64,000 nucleotides of DNA, from the NCBI GenBank assembly GCA_009995455.1, contig JAACPJ010000005.1, forward strand, positions 8,048 through 72,047, written 5' to 3'. The DNA is from a bacterium. GTDB lineage: Bacteria > Patescibacteriota > Gracilibacteria > UBA4473. A model generated the notes under the pieces. That model did no database searches, had not been told where the DNA came from, and worked only from the letters and a program-made list of their open reading frames with translations. The stretch's first letter is position 1. Every line of letters starts with the position of its first letter. Made by a program: the position numbers and the translations under genes. Shown piece after piece: positions 1 through 9,566 of the stretch.

Positions 1-837
1 AGACCTGTATTGGACGATTTTTTTAAAGCTAAAACGGTATATGAGCGTTATGATTTTGACCCCGAAAATGAAAATTTTAATGATTTGTTAAAGTCTAAGT
101 TAAACGTTGGTAAGTTTGATACGCTAGTGCTCGTGGGTGGAGATGGGACACTGCGTTCTGGGGTTAACTATCTGTACCATGAAAAATTAGTGGAATCTTT
201 TAAAGTGGTTTTTATTCCTTACGGAACGGGAAACTTAATGCGTGACGCATTAGGACTACCAACAGAAACGGATTCGATTTTGAACGCTATTAAACCAGAA
301 AAATTTAAAGTTTACCGGTATGGAATTTTTTGTGATGAAGTTTTTATGGTGGCGGCTTCGATCGGTAATATTTCGGCTTTAGCTGAAATAAATGATTTAC
401 CGTGGTTTAAAAAATTATTTGGGAAACTGAGTTACGTTTTGAAACTCATCGTTTCTGCGCCTGGATTTAAAAATAAATCCTTTGATGTCTCGTTTAACGA
501 CACCGAAAAAACCATTGAAGCGCATAGTATTTTAGTTGCACCGGGCGAATTTATTGGTGGTTTTATGGAAGCGCCAAAAGTGACGGATAAAAAATTCTGC
601 GTGATGTTTTTAAGTTTTGGGACTGATTGGTTGAAGCTCATTAAAGCCATTTTCTTTTTACTTTTTTTTGGCAAAACACCAAAGCCTGAAGTCTTTGAAA
701 CCAAGTCTATTACTATTAAAGGAAAGAATTTAACCCCATTACAAATTGATGGTGATTTAATTGATGATTCTCCAAGCGAGGTCTTTAATTTTTCTTTAGG
801 GCAGCAAACCTTAAAAATCTTAAGTTTTAAAGACTAA
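1..837 (+). CDS. Diacylglycerol/lipid kinase family protein (5'-partial, frame open to window edge)
   Basis: GGDGT, PYGTGN and LQIDGD motifs typical of YegS/DAGK kinases. Confidence 0.85.
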   Translation, partial: RPVLDDFFKAKTVYERYDFDPENENFNDLLKSKLNVGKFDTLVLVGGDGTLRSGVNYLYHEKLVESFKVVFIPYGTGNLMRDALGLPTETDSILNAIKPEKFKVYRYGIFCDEVFMVAASIGNISALAEINDLPWFKKLFGKLSYVLKLIVSAPGFKNKSFDVSFNDTEKTIEAHSILVAPGEFIGGFMEAPKVTDKKFCVMFLSFGTDWLKLIKAIFFLLFFGKTPKPEVFETKSITIKGKNLTPLQIDGDLIDDSPSEVFNFSLGQQTLKILSFKD

Positions 838-868
838 ATTTAATGAGGCAGATTTGACGGCTTATGAG

Positions 869-897
869 TTGCCTCAAATGTAGCTTTAACTTAAACT
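869..897 (+). promoter_or_regulatory. Sigma70-type promoter of pyrH
   Basis: TTGCCT-N17-TAAACT, then a GC-rich stretch, with ATG at 906. Confidence 0.5.
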
Positions 898-905
898 CGC
901 CGGCG

Positions 906-1616
906 ATGAAACCACAATACAAACGCATCCTACTAAAACTTTCTGGAGAGGCTTTACTGGGCGATAAAGAGTTTGGAATCGATTATGGAATTCTAGACCA
1001 AATTTGTTCGGAAGTAGAAGCAGTGCACAAAATGGGCGTTGAAATTGCCATTGTGATTGGAGCGGGAAATATTTGGAGAGGGAGTGATAATGGCGACTCA
1101 GGAATTGATCGAGTGCCATCAGATTATATTGGAATGCTGGGAACAGTAATGAACTCGGTTGCGTTGCAAGCGCATTTAGAAAAGCGGGGTATTTATACGC
1201 GCGTTTGTTCGGCTTTAGATATTCCATCGGTTTCTGAAAGTTATATTCGACGACGAGCTGAACGTCACCTAGAAAAAAATAGAATTGTTATTTGTGCGGC
1301 AGGAACAGGGAATCCTTATTTTACAACTGATTCAGCGGCGGCTTTAAGATCTTTAGAACTGGAGTGTGATGTGCTTTTAAAAGCGACCAATGTTGACGGT
1401 GTTTATGATTCAGATCCACGAATAAACCCAAACGCGACTCGATATAAATCGGTTACCTTTGATGAAGTTTTAGAAAAAAACTTGAAAGTTATGGACGGTA
1501 CGGCAATTGCGCAGTGTCGTGATAATAAAATGCCTATTGTGGTTTTTAAACTTATGGAACCCGGCAATATTTCAAAAGTTGTTTGTGGTGAAGACGTTGG
1601 TACAAGAATTAGTTAA
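906..1616 (+). CDS. pyrH: UMP kinase
   Basis: YKRILLKLSGEAL, GAGNIWRG, GTGNPYFTTDSAAALR; start placed at ATG 906. Confidence 0.97.
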   Translation: MKPQYKRILLKLSGEALLGDKEFGIDYGILDQICSEVEAVHKMGVEIAIVIGAGNIWRGSDNGDSGIDRVPSDYIGMLGTVMNSVALQAHLEKRGIYTRVCSALDIPSVSESYIRRRAERHLEKNRIVICAAGTGNPYFTTDSAAALRSLELECDVLLKATNVDGVYDSDPRINPNATRYKSVTFDEVLEKNLKVMDGTAIAQCRDNKMPIVVFKLMEPGNISKVVCGEDVGTRIS

Positions 1617-1624
1617 GTAATTCT

Positions 1625-2752
1625 TTAATCGAAGATCACATAATCAAAAGCCCCAATAGAGGTTCTTTCAGGAACTTCTATTTCAATTCGTTGTGAGAAA
1701 TCTTCCTGATTTACATCTGAAACAACGGTATAAGTATTAAGTGGGAAATGTGTTGGCGTGCTGCCATCAACATCTAATTTAAGCTGAAATGGAATACCAG
1801 GAACTTTATTTCCGGTAACCGTGTCACTTAATTTTAATAGTGGGCGAATAGTTAACTGGTAATCGCTACAAGTTTCACCAATTCTCACAGGTGGATTTGG
1901 GCCGCCAGCGGCGAAACAAGTCCAAAAATAGTCGAGTGAATCTGGCTTGGCTCCTGGTAAAACGCTGCCCGGAATAGCCGCATTGGCCCTAATAACAATG
2001 CCTCCTGAACTTATTGAAAGGAGATCATTTTCACATATATAACCCTCATTGCCTAAAAATCCGCTACATTCTTCATTGTTAGTTGGAATAAAGGTTTGAA
2101 CCCCTTGGACATTGTTTTTTCGGGTTAAAGACCAATCTATTAAAACTTCAGGATCAGCACTGCTATCTCCAAAATCGAAAGAACCTTTAAGTGGATCAAA
2201 CACTCCAGTTTGAAAGCCATAACGTTCTTCAAAATCAGTTAGAGCATCAGAAGTTGGAATATCTTCTGGGGTTTGAAAAAAGGTCAGTTCAAATTCATCG
2301 TTGATAAAGTTTGGTTCGTCGTAACGAGCGGCGCTTACTTGTGGAGCTTGTTGACTTGGGTTGGTAGAGATATCCCATTTAAAAGGGATTTTATAGGTTT
2401 GACCTTCTTTCAGTATATCTACAAAAATGGCATCATTGTTAATGGCGTTATCAACCTTGTCGGTTCGCCCTTCAATAGTCCAATTGGTGCTCGCGTTGAT
2501 ACTTGGGTGAGCGATTCTTTGCGAGGAGTGGGTGCCCGTAAAATTTACCCCGGAACCTCTTGAATTATGATGGAAAAAAGCCGCCTCAGCCCCTGATTCT
2601 GAAGCAAAAAAGAGCTGTGTACTTCTTTGTATATTAGAGGCCTGGTCTATAGATCTTCCAATGGAAGTTAATGTCGCAAAAGCCAGACTAAGAACTAAAA
2701 GTGAAGTTCCCATAGAGATAAAAATCGAGATGCCTTCAACTTTTGTTTTCAT
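1625..2752 (-). CDS. PilX-like minor pilin/pilus assembly protein
   Basis: Prepilin-like N-terminus (KVEG-ISIFISMG), FFASESGAEAA PilX-type motif; C-terminus (SIGAFDYVIF) resembles that of 60972..61814. Confidence 0.6.
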   Translation of the reverse strand: MKTKVEGISIFISMGTSLLVLSLAFATLTSIGRSIDQASNIQRSTQLFFASESGAEAAFFHHNSRGSGVNFTGTHSSQRIAHPSINASTNWTIEGRTDKVDNAINNDAIFVDILKEGQTYKIPFKWDISTNPSQQAPQVSAARYDEPNFINDEFELTFFQTPEDIPTSDALTDFEERYGFQTGVFDPLKGSFDFGDSSADPEVLIDWSLTRKNNVQGVQTFIPTNNEECSGFLGNEGYICENDLLSISSGGIVIRANAAIPGSVLPGAKPDSLDYFWTCFAAGGPNPPVRIGETCSDYQLTIRPLLKLSDTVTGNKVPGIPFQLKLDVDGSTPTHFPLNTYTVVSDVNQEDFSQRIEIEVPERTSIGAFDYVIFD

Positions 2753-2838
2753 ATTTACCGCCTTATTTTAGCATTTATTAAAGTATTTAGCGATTTCTTT
2801 TCTAGCTGATTCAAGCAAAGGGTATTACAATTTGATTG

Positions 2839-4350
2839 ATGAAAAAAGTATACCTCGTGATTTTAGATGGATTTGGATTAGCCGAACCGGGTAAAGGAAA
2901 TGCTGTGACACTTGCCCAAACGCCCTTTTTAGATTCGCTTTTACCCGCGGATAAAATATCTCATTTAAAAGCCCATGGTCATAGTGTTGGGTTGCCTGAA
3001 TTTCAAATGGGAGGTTCTGAAGTTGGTCATGTAACAATTGGCGCCGGACGGCCAGTAAAACATATTTTAACAAAAATTAATGATGAAATAGAAGCGGGTA
3101 CTTTTTTTGAGAAAGAAAATTTGAAAGATTTATTTACTAAAGCGCAAAAGAAAGGACGGATTCATTTTCTAGGACTCGCGAGTGATGGTGGGATTCATAG
3201 TTTTCTGCCGCACTTATTTGGCCTGAGCAAAATGGCCAAAAAATTTAAGATACCAGAAGTCTATGTGCACAGCTTTTTAGATGGGCGTGATGTGCCAGAG
3301 CGAACCGCTAAGACTTATCTTTCGGAAATTGAAAAACATGAAGTGGGAACTATGGCGACGATTGGCGGGCGATTTTTTGGCATGGATCGTGACACCAATT
3401 GGGATCGAACCAAAGAAGCTTATGATGTTTTGACAAGCAAAAAGAAAGAAGCTACCGATAAAAATTGGGAAACTTTGATTGATGAATTTTATAAAGAAGG
3501 GAAGAAATCAGACTATTATTTCCCCCCTCATTTGTTACATAAAAACGGTCAGATTGAAGAAGATGATGTCGTTATTTGTTTTAATTTTAGAACGGATCGT
3601 ATGCGCCAAATAATGGCCGCTTTTTGTGATGAAGAATTTGAAGGATTTGATAGACCTTTTGTTTGTGATCCCACTAATTTTGGAATCTTTGGAAATTATT
3701 ATGATCGGGCTAACATTATATTTTCGCTCTCTTCTGAGCCGATTAAAAATACGCTTGGGCAACTGGTTTCAGAGGCTGGAGGCAATCAATTAAGAGTCGC
3801 TGAAACTGACAAAGTAAATCACGTAACCTTCTTTTTCTCTGGGGAAAAGAAAGAACTGTTTGAAGGAGAAGATCGAATTCTGGTCGATAGTCCTAAGGTA
3901 CCAAGTTACGCGGATGCCCCTGAAATGTCAGCGGCTGAGCACACGACTAAAACGATCGCTAGAATCAAATCAGATAATTTAAACTTAGTCGTTCATAATT
4001 ATGCCAATGGAGATTTAGTCGGTCATTCAGCTGATATTCCAGCCACTATTAAAGCGGTGGAAACTTTAGATCGTGAATTACAAAGATTGATTCCGGTGGT
4101 TCAGGCCCAAGGTTTTGATTTAATTATTACAGCTGATCATGGAAATTGTGAAGAAATGATTATGCCTGATGGGGTAACACCGTGCCCAACTCATTCTAAA
4201 AATTTAGTGCCGTTTAGGCTTATTAAAGCCGATGGCTCTGAACCAGCGTTAATGAAAGAAGGCACCTTAGCCGATGTCGCTCCAACGATTTGTGAGTTAT
4301 TAGAGATTGAAAAACCAGAAGAAATGTCGGGCCATAGTTTGATCATTTGA
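2839..4350 (+). CDS. gpmI: 2,3-bisphosphoglycerate-independent phosphoglycerate mutase
   Basis: LVILDGFG, MGGSEVGH, GRFFGMDRD, FNFRTDR, DLVGHS, TADHGN motifs. Confidence 0.96.
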   Translation: MKKVYLVILDGFGLAEPGKGNAVTLAQTPFLDSLLPADKISHLKAHGHSVGLPEFQMGGSEVGHVTIGAGRPVKHILTKINDEIEAGTFFEKENLKDLFTKAQKKGRIHFLGLASDGGIHSFLPHLFGLSKMAKKFKIPEVYVHSFLDGRDVPERTAKTYLSEIEKHEVGTMATIGGRFFGMDRDTNWDRTKEAYDVLTSKKKEATDKNWETLIDEFYKEGKKSDYYFPPHLLHKNGQIEEDDVVICFNFRTDRMRQIMAAFCDEEFEGFDRPFVCDPTNFGIFGNYYDRANIIFSLSSEPIKNTLGQLVSEAGGNQLRVAETDKVNHVTFFFSGEKKELFEGEDRILVDSPKVPSYADAPEMSAAEHTTKTIARIKSDNLNLVVHNYANGDLVGHSADIPATIKAVETLDRELQRLIPVVQAQGFDLIITADHGNCEEMIMPDGVTPCPTHSKNLVPFRLIKADGSEPALMKEGTLADVAPTICELLEIEKPEEMSGHSLII

Positions 4351-4377
4351 TTTTCTTCATGGGGAGCTAAATGGAAT

Positions 4378-5640
4378 TTATTTAAGTAAATCTTTCAGTT
4401 TGTCTTCATCTAATTTTGGCCCAATACCGGCGAAGCGGAAGTTTTCGGGTTTGAGTAATTCTTTGGCGAGTTTGTTTACGTCTTCAAGTTTTACGGCTCG
4501 TACCTTTTCTTTCCAGTCTTCATAAGTTTCTACACTGCCATAAAGCAGCACGTTTTTAGCATATTCGTGGGCTACGTCTTCTGTGTCTTCGGTGCTAAGG
4601 TCTGTTTTCCCAACAATATAATTAATGGCTTTTTCGCACTCTAATTGTGAAATCCCTTTTTCTGAAATTTCATCATATTCATGACGGATCGCTTCGACCG
4701 CTTTCAGAACTTCACTTACTTTAACGCCCGCTCGAGTCGTCATTAAGCCCGTATCAGAATATTCATCCACATTGGTTCTAATTGAGTAACACAAACCTTG
4801 GGTTTCTCGTACCCGTTGAAACATGCGCGAGCTCATATTCCCTCCTAAAGCCACTCCAAGCACCTTTAAAGCTGGAAATAAGGGGTCGGTTTCGGCTGGT
4901 GTTTGGACGCCAAAAGATAGATGATATTGCTCGGTTTTTTTAACGCGAAGTTTGATCTTGTCGGTCGCAAAACTTGCCTCAAATTTAGTTGGTGGAATTC
5001 CCCGTGGTTTGTCGCTTACTGGGAACATTTTTTCCATTTTATCGAGCGTCGTTTTATCTACCGCTCCAGCGCAAACGATAATCATGTTATCGGCGGTATA
5101 TTGAGATTCTTTATAATCTACAAAAGCTTCACGTGTTATGTTTTTAATCACTTCAGCGGTCCCAATTTGATCCCATCCGAGTGGTTGATCACCAAAGACT
5201 AAGCGCTCAAAATCCCAACTAATTTGATACATCGGTGCGTCTTGATACATGGCCATTTCTTCCAAAATAACGCCGCGCTCCTTTTCAATTTCTTGTGCCG
5301 GAAAAGTCGCTTCAATTAACATATCAGATAACACATCAAGTGATGTATCTAAATTTTCTTTGCCGGATTTTACATAATAGCCAGCATATTCTTTGCCCGT
5401 AAAAGCATTAAATTCGCCACCAAAACTATCAACCGCTTCGCTGACTTCTATTGGTGTTTTGTACTTCTTAGCGCCTTTAAAGAACATGTGTTCTAGAAAA
5501 TGTGAGAGCCCTGTGTTTTCTTTGCTTTCGTAGCGTGAGCCCGCACCAACGAGCACAAGGGTTGTGACAACGTTGGTTCCAGGCATTGAAATAGCCTGCA
5601 GTCTCAGTCCGGATTTGGTAGTTCTTTCAAAAAGTTTCAT
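4378..5640 (-). CDS. M16 family zinc metallopeptidase
   Basis: Inverted zincin motif HFLEHMFFKG, NAFTGKE, GGNMSSRMFQRVRETQGLCY. Confidence 0.92.
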   Translation of the reverse strand: MKLFERTTKSGLRLQAISMPGTNVVTTLVLVGAGSRYESKENTGLSHFLEHMFFKGAKKYKTPIEVSEAVDSFGGEFNAFTGKEYAGYYVKSGKENLDTSLDVLSDMLIEATFPAQEIEKERGVILEEMAMYQDAPMYQISWDFERLVFGDQPLGWDQIGTAEVIKNITREAFVDYKESQYTADNMIIVCAGAVDKTTLDKMEKMFPVSDKPRGIPPTKFEASFATDKIKLRVKKTEQYHLSFGVQTPAETDPLFPALKVLGVALGGNMSSRMFQRVRETQGLCYSIRTNVDEYSDTGLMTTRAGVKVSEVLKAVEAIRHEYDEISEKGISQLECEKAINYIVGKTDLSTEDTEDVAHEYAKNVLLYGSVETYEDWKEKVRAVKLEDVNKLAKELLKPENFRFAGIGPKLDEDKLKDLLK

Positions 5641-5657
5641 CAAGCTGAGCTTACAAA

Positions 5658-5687
5658 AAAAAACCTAAGTGGCTACTTAGGTTTTTT
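5658..5687. terminator. Intrinsic terminator hairpin downstream of the SLH-inhibitor gene
   Basis: aaaaaacctaagt-ggct-acttaggtttttt perfect stem with A/T tracts on both sides. Confidence 0.75.
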
Positions 5688-5737
5688 AAATGTGAGATAT
5701 GAAATTTAACTCTTTTGGTTTTAAATTTCAGACAAGA

Positions 5738-7420
5738 TTATTGAGCTTTAGTTTTAGAAATAACTTCCACTAATTTGTAGGTATAAGCCCCTGCATCAGC
5801 TGGAACTGGTTCTGGTCTATTAAATCTTTCAATTTTTAGTTCGTAATTATAACCGGCTTCAAATTCGAATCCTTCAATTTGATCGTACCAATTTAGGCCA
5901 TCAACCACCAAACATTCCATTGGTCCAACCCCCATACAATCTCTGGTTTGTGGTGCGACGTTAACGACCATGATTTCACCGCTTGAAATTGCCGCTTGAG
6001 CGCCACCTTCAACTTCGTACTTAACGACCACGTTATTTTTTGTAGTAGCGTTAATTCGTCCTTGAATAAAATCTCTTGTCGTTGGTTGTGTTCTTCCATC
6101 TTTCTCAATGACCCGGAAAGGGACATTATTAATTTCAGCGAGTTCGATAGCTTCTTCAACCGTTAAGCCAATAAAATCTGGCTCCATAGGAACCACTTCC
6201 ATCATTTCTTCTCCGCCGCCTTCAACTTCGTAATCAACGACAAAGTTATTTTCAACGATTGCGTTGATTCGTCCCATTCTAAAATCTTCAGTCGTAGGTT
6301 GCATTTGACCGTCAATCATCACCACTCGGAAAGGAATTTCATTGATGTCAGCTAATTCCATCGCTTGTTCAACCGTCAGCCCAATGTAATCAGGAGATAC
6401 CGGCATGATTTCAAGTACTTCTTCTTCACCGCCTTCAACTTCGTAATCAACTACAATGTCGCCTTCAACGCTCGCGTTGATTCGACCTGGTCGGTAATCC
6501 ATTGTGATTGGCAAAAATTCACCATCTCTCATAGTAACTCTGAATGGAACCCCGTTTGTTTCGGCTAGTTCCATAGCTTGTTCCACACTTAAACCTACGT
6601 AATCAGGAGTTATAGGCATTACTTCAATAATTTCTTCTTCTGAGCCTTCAACGTTGTAATCAACCACAATGTCATTTTCAACCGTAGCGTTAATTCGGCC
6701 AGGTCGGTAATCCATAGTGGCTGGCAAAGGTTGCCCGTCCATCATGGTTACTCTAAACGGCACTCCATAAATAGCCGCTAATGTTTGCGCTTGTTCAACG
6801 TTTAAACCAATATATGGCATCTCTGTTTGTGTCGTAGTATCTTCTGCAGTAAGCGTGTTAATCATCATTTGCATTTCAGTAACGGTGAGAACGTCACTTG
6901 GTTGAATATCTTCACGTGGTGCTGCACCTAAACGACTTAACGTTTGAATGTACCCCCCATACCAAGTTGGGTGCATTTCTTTCGTCATTGGAAGCTCAAA
7001 AGCCAGAGTGGCAATTTTTGCGGCTTCAGCGTAAGTAATTTCTTGTTCTGGCTTAAAAGTGCCATCTGGGTTTCCCCCTACAATGTTTCGGCATGAAGCC
7101 ACTTGCAAAGCATTTCCATAAGAAGCCGACCAGTCAACGTCAGCGTAGTTGTAGGCCATTCGGCATTGCATGCTTACACTTTCGGCTGCCTCCATAATTT
7201 TTTGTAAAAAATCAGCTCTGGTAACAGCGGGCATTTTGGTACAGTAAGTTTCTTCATACCATTCCATAAAACTTCCCCCTAACTCGTTACATTCCATTTT
7301 GGTGTTGGCTTCTAAAAATTGAGTGCCTTCCATAAAAGAAAGCGCATTGGCAGAGGGGGCATGGAATAAAACTCCCATAGCCGTTAAGACTAAACCGTAA
7401 GTAGTAATGTTGGTTTTCAT
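5738..7420 (-). CDS. Secreted SLH-domain protein with four tandem I78/potato-I protease-inhibitor-like domains and a C-terminal DUF4377-like domain
   Basis: Signal peptide; SLH motif (IVGGNPDGTFKPEQEITYAEAAKI); four 71-aa repeats with T-x-D-[YF]-x-x-GRIN; C-terminal VAPQTRDCMGVGPMECL...IEGFEFEAGYNYEL. Confidence 0.75.
   Translation of the reverse strand: MKTNITTYGLVLTAMGVLFHAPSANALSFMEGTQFLEANTKMECNELGGSFMEWYEETYCTKMPAVTRADFLQKIMEAAESVSMQCRMAYNYADVDWSASYGNALQVASCRNIVGGNPDGTFKPEQEITYAEAAKIATLAFELPMTKEMHPTWYGGYIQTLSRLGAAPREDIQPSDVLTVTEMQMMINTLTAEDTTTQTEMPYIGLNVEQAQTLAAIYGVPFRVTMMDGQPLPATMDYRPGRINATVENDIVVDYNVEGSEEEIIEVMPITPDYVGLSVEQAMELAETNGVPFRVTMRDGEFLPITMDYRPGRINASVEGDIVVDYEVEGGEEEVLEIMPVSPDYIGLTVEQAMELADINEIPFRVVMIDGQMQPTTEDFRMGRINAIVENNFVVDYEVEGGGEEMMEVVPMEPDFIGLTVEEAIELAEINNVPFRVIEKDGRTQPTTRDFIQGRINATTKNNVVVKYEVEGGAQAAISSGEIMVVNVAPQTRDCMGVGPMECLVVDGLNWYDQIEGFEFEAGYNYELKIERFNRPEPVPADAGAYTYKLVEVISKTKAQ
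6002..6817 (-). repeat. Four in-frame tandem repeats, period about 213 bp
   Basis: Units [YF][IV]GLxVE[QE]AxxLA...PFRV...GRINA...YxVEG recur every 71 aa. Confidence 0.9.
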
Positions 7421-7579
7421 GATTAATAAGTTATAAAAATATTTCTTTTTTCGTCTGCGGTATCTTAAACGAGCGAAAAGTTAATTCGCAACAACTTTTT
7501 AATGAATAATTTGAAATTTAGTGGGAAAAAGCAGTTTTTGCCTTTTGTTAAAAGGAGGATTATTATCAATTTAAAAATT

Positions 7580-8056
7580 ATGGAAAATATTAAATCAGAT
7601 CAAAGTGTTATTGTTCGCGAGGCCTTTATTCTACCAGTTTTTAAGGTGATTTTATCTCAATTTTTCTTAGGGAATATCTTCTTTTTACTGGTGACTTTTT
7701 ATGAAATTGAATCGGTTATGGCGAGCATGATTTTATTTAACGCCTTAGAGGGTTCACAAATTTTATTAAGTGTGGCGATTTTTTTAGCTTGGTATCATCG
7801 TTCATATGAAATTTCTACGAATGAAATAGAAATTAAATCAGGATTAATACTGCAAAAAACCGCTTCTTATTCTTTAAATCATTTAGAATCGGTTACTTTT
7901 AGAAAAACTATGGGCGGTATTTTTTTTAACTATGGAAATGTGAAAGTATCGCTTCATTATGGCACCGATAGCAAAGTGATACACATAAACAACGTTAAAG
8001 AGCCGGTTAAATACGCTAAGTTATTAAATCAAAAATTAAAAAAACATACCCGGTAG
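7580..8056 (-). other. Placeholder note: no minus-strand feature here; see the plus-strand PH-domain CDS at the same coordinates
   Basis: No ORF or motif supported on this strand. Confidence 0.01.
7580..8056 (+). CDS. Membrane protein with bacterial PH domain (YdbS/bPH_2-like)
   Basis: Two TM segments, then YEIS..IEIKSGLI..LESVTF..GGIFFNYGNV; paralog of 49848..50387. Confidence 0.65.
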   Translation: MENIKSDQSVIVREAFILPVFKVILSQFFLGNIFFLLVTFYEIESVMASMILFNALEGSQILLSVAIFLAWYHRSYEISTNEIEIKSGLILQKTASYSLNHLESVTFRKTMGGIFFNYGNVKVSLHYGTDSKVIHINNVKEPVKYAKLLNQKLKKHTR

Positions 8057-8071
8057 GTATGTAATAAAAAA

Positions 8072-8146
8072 TGGTGGGTGGGGCGAGGATCGAACTCGCG
8101 GCCAACTGGTTAAAAGCCAGATGCTCTACCACTGAGCTACCCACCC
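8072..8146 (-). tRNA. tRNA-Lys(UUU)
   Basis: Cloverleaf GGGTGGGTAGCTCAGTGGTAGAGC..., anticodon loop CTTTTAA, GTTCGAT T-loop, encoded CCA. Confidence 0.96.
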
Positions 8147-8175
8147 ATCAGAAGATGGGAAAACTTTGTTAAATT

Positions 8176-8252
8176 TGGTGGAGCCTATCGGAGTCGAACC
8201 GATGACCTCCTGCGTGCAAGGCAGGCGCTCTAGCCAGCTGAGCTAAGGCCCC
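8176..8252 (-). tRNA. tRNA-Ala(UGC)
   Basis: GGGGCCTTAGCTCAGCTGG..., anticodon loop CTTGCAC, G3:U70 pair, encoded CCA. Confidence 0.96.
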
Positions 8253-8280
8253 GTTAATTTAACGAACTGTGATTATAATA

Positions 8281-8517
8281 CTAAACGCCTGGAATCATTG
8301 GGCCAAGAGTGGCCTGAAGAAAGGCTTGTAATCCGCCGGTGAGCCACATAAACGATAGAATCGAAATGGCTAACCCCATGAGCTTTACGAAAGTGTAGGT
8401 GCCGCCAGAGAGGAACCAACGCTCCGCGAAGTCAAAACGACCGGTGAAGTCTACGACGGGTTTGGTATAGACAATCATTAGAATGCCCCCCACAATCAGG
8501 ATTAAGCTTATAAGCAT
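8281..8517 (-). CDS. Small membrane protein
   Basis: 78 aa with two hydrophobic segments. Confidence 0.6.
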   Translation of the reverse strand: MLISLILIVGGILMIVYTKPVVDFTGRFDFAERWFLSGGTYTFVKLMGLAISILSFMWLTGGLQAFLQATLGPMIPGV

Positions 8518-8586
8518 GTGCAGACACGAAAAGAACTACCACAGTAGCCAGATATTAGGAGTACGCGGGCTTTTGTCAAAATTTAG

Positions 8587-8615
8587 TTGTAAAAATAGCT
8601 TACAGCCGCTATAAT
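8587..8615 (+). promoter_or_regulatory. Sigma70-type promoter of the triple-pilin operon
   Basis: TTGTAA-N17-TATAAT, 6 nt before ATG 8622. Confidence 0.65.
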
Positions 8616-8621
8616 AGTGGG

Positions 8622-9563
8622 ATGCTAAGAGCTTTACATAATCGTTTAAAAGCCCCAATTGCCGCCTTGCTGTTATTGGCGGTTATTAATATTTGGGTGA
8701 CACCAGTACTGGCACAAAGTCTTTTGCCTATGCCAGTTGAAGGCGCTTATGGAGGGATTCTAGAGAACAATCGAGTGGCTGATATTGTGGAAGAACAGTC
8801 GCAAAGTTATAACTTTTTCGAGAGTATAATTTATGGTGTCTTCAGTGATGAAAATATAAAATCTGCCAATGTGGTTATTGGAGTTGTAGCGATTGTTTAT
8901 TTAGTCGTTATTGGCACGCGTTTTATTTTATCGGAAGGAAAAGAAGAAGAAATTCAGACCGCCCAAAAGCACTTTGGGTTTGTTATTCTCGGTTTGCTGG
9001 TTATTTCGGTGGCTCAAATAGCCGGTTTTACCTTGTTAAATCCGGCTCAAAACGTGAATCCAGATTTCTTTGTGAATAATAATATTCAAGAGGTTTTCTA
9101 TGCGAAAGCGATGCAAATTAAACTCTTTATTCAAATTCTTATTGGGGGTATCGCGCTCCTTTCAATCATCACTTCGGCTTTCCGAATCATGAGTAGTACG
9201 GGTAATGAGGAAGTTATTGGTAAAGAAAAACAATTACTACAAAATTTCTTGTTTGCGACCGTATTAATTTTAGCGGCAGAAGTGATTGTGACGGGGGTGT
9301 TCTATATGCCTGGTGCAAACCGAGAAGGCGCTACAAATCAAGCCGTTAGTATTGGGATTGAGCAAATTATGGGCCTCATAACGGCTTTACTCAGCATCAT
9401 TGCGGCGGCCGCTTTGATTATGGTGATTTTAGCGAGCCTTTATTATGTGATCTCTTTAGGAGACGAAGAAAGAGCTGGACGAGCAAAAAAGCTACTTGTG
9501 GCGAACGTTATTGCCATCGTCATAATTTTCTCCGCCTATACCATTTTACGATTTTTCTTTTAA
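8622..9563 (+). CDS. Protein with three tandem VirB2/TrbC-like (T4SS_pilin) domains
   Basis: Signal peptide plus three hydrophobic hairpins with G[KND]EE-type loops. Confidence 0.7.
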   Translation: MLRALHNRLKAPIAALLLLAVINIWVTPVLAQSLLPMPVEGAYGGILENNRVADIVEEQSQSYNFFESIIYGVFSDENIKSANVVIGVVAIVYLVVIGTRFILSEGKEEEIQTAQKHFGFVILGLLVISVAQIAGFTLLNPAQNVNPDFFVNNNIQEVFYAKAMQIKLFIQILIGGIALLSIITSAFRIMSSTGNEEVIGKEKQLLQNFLFATVLILAAEVIVTGVFYMPGANREGATNQAVSIGIEQIMGLITALLSIIAAAALIMVILASLYYVISLGDEERAGRAKKLLVANVIAIVIIFSAYTILRFFF

Positions 9564-9566
9564 ACA

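Noticed and set aside
7580-8056. Minus-strand feature opposite the PH-domain gene
   Set aside because: Nothing supports it; the near-zero-confidence placeholder entry in the feature list should be ignored.
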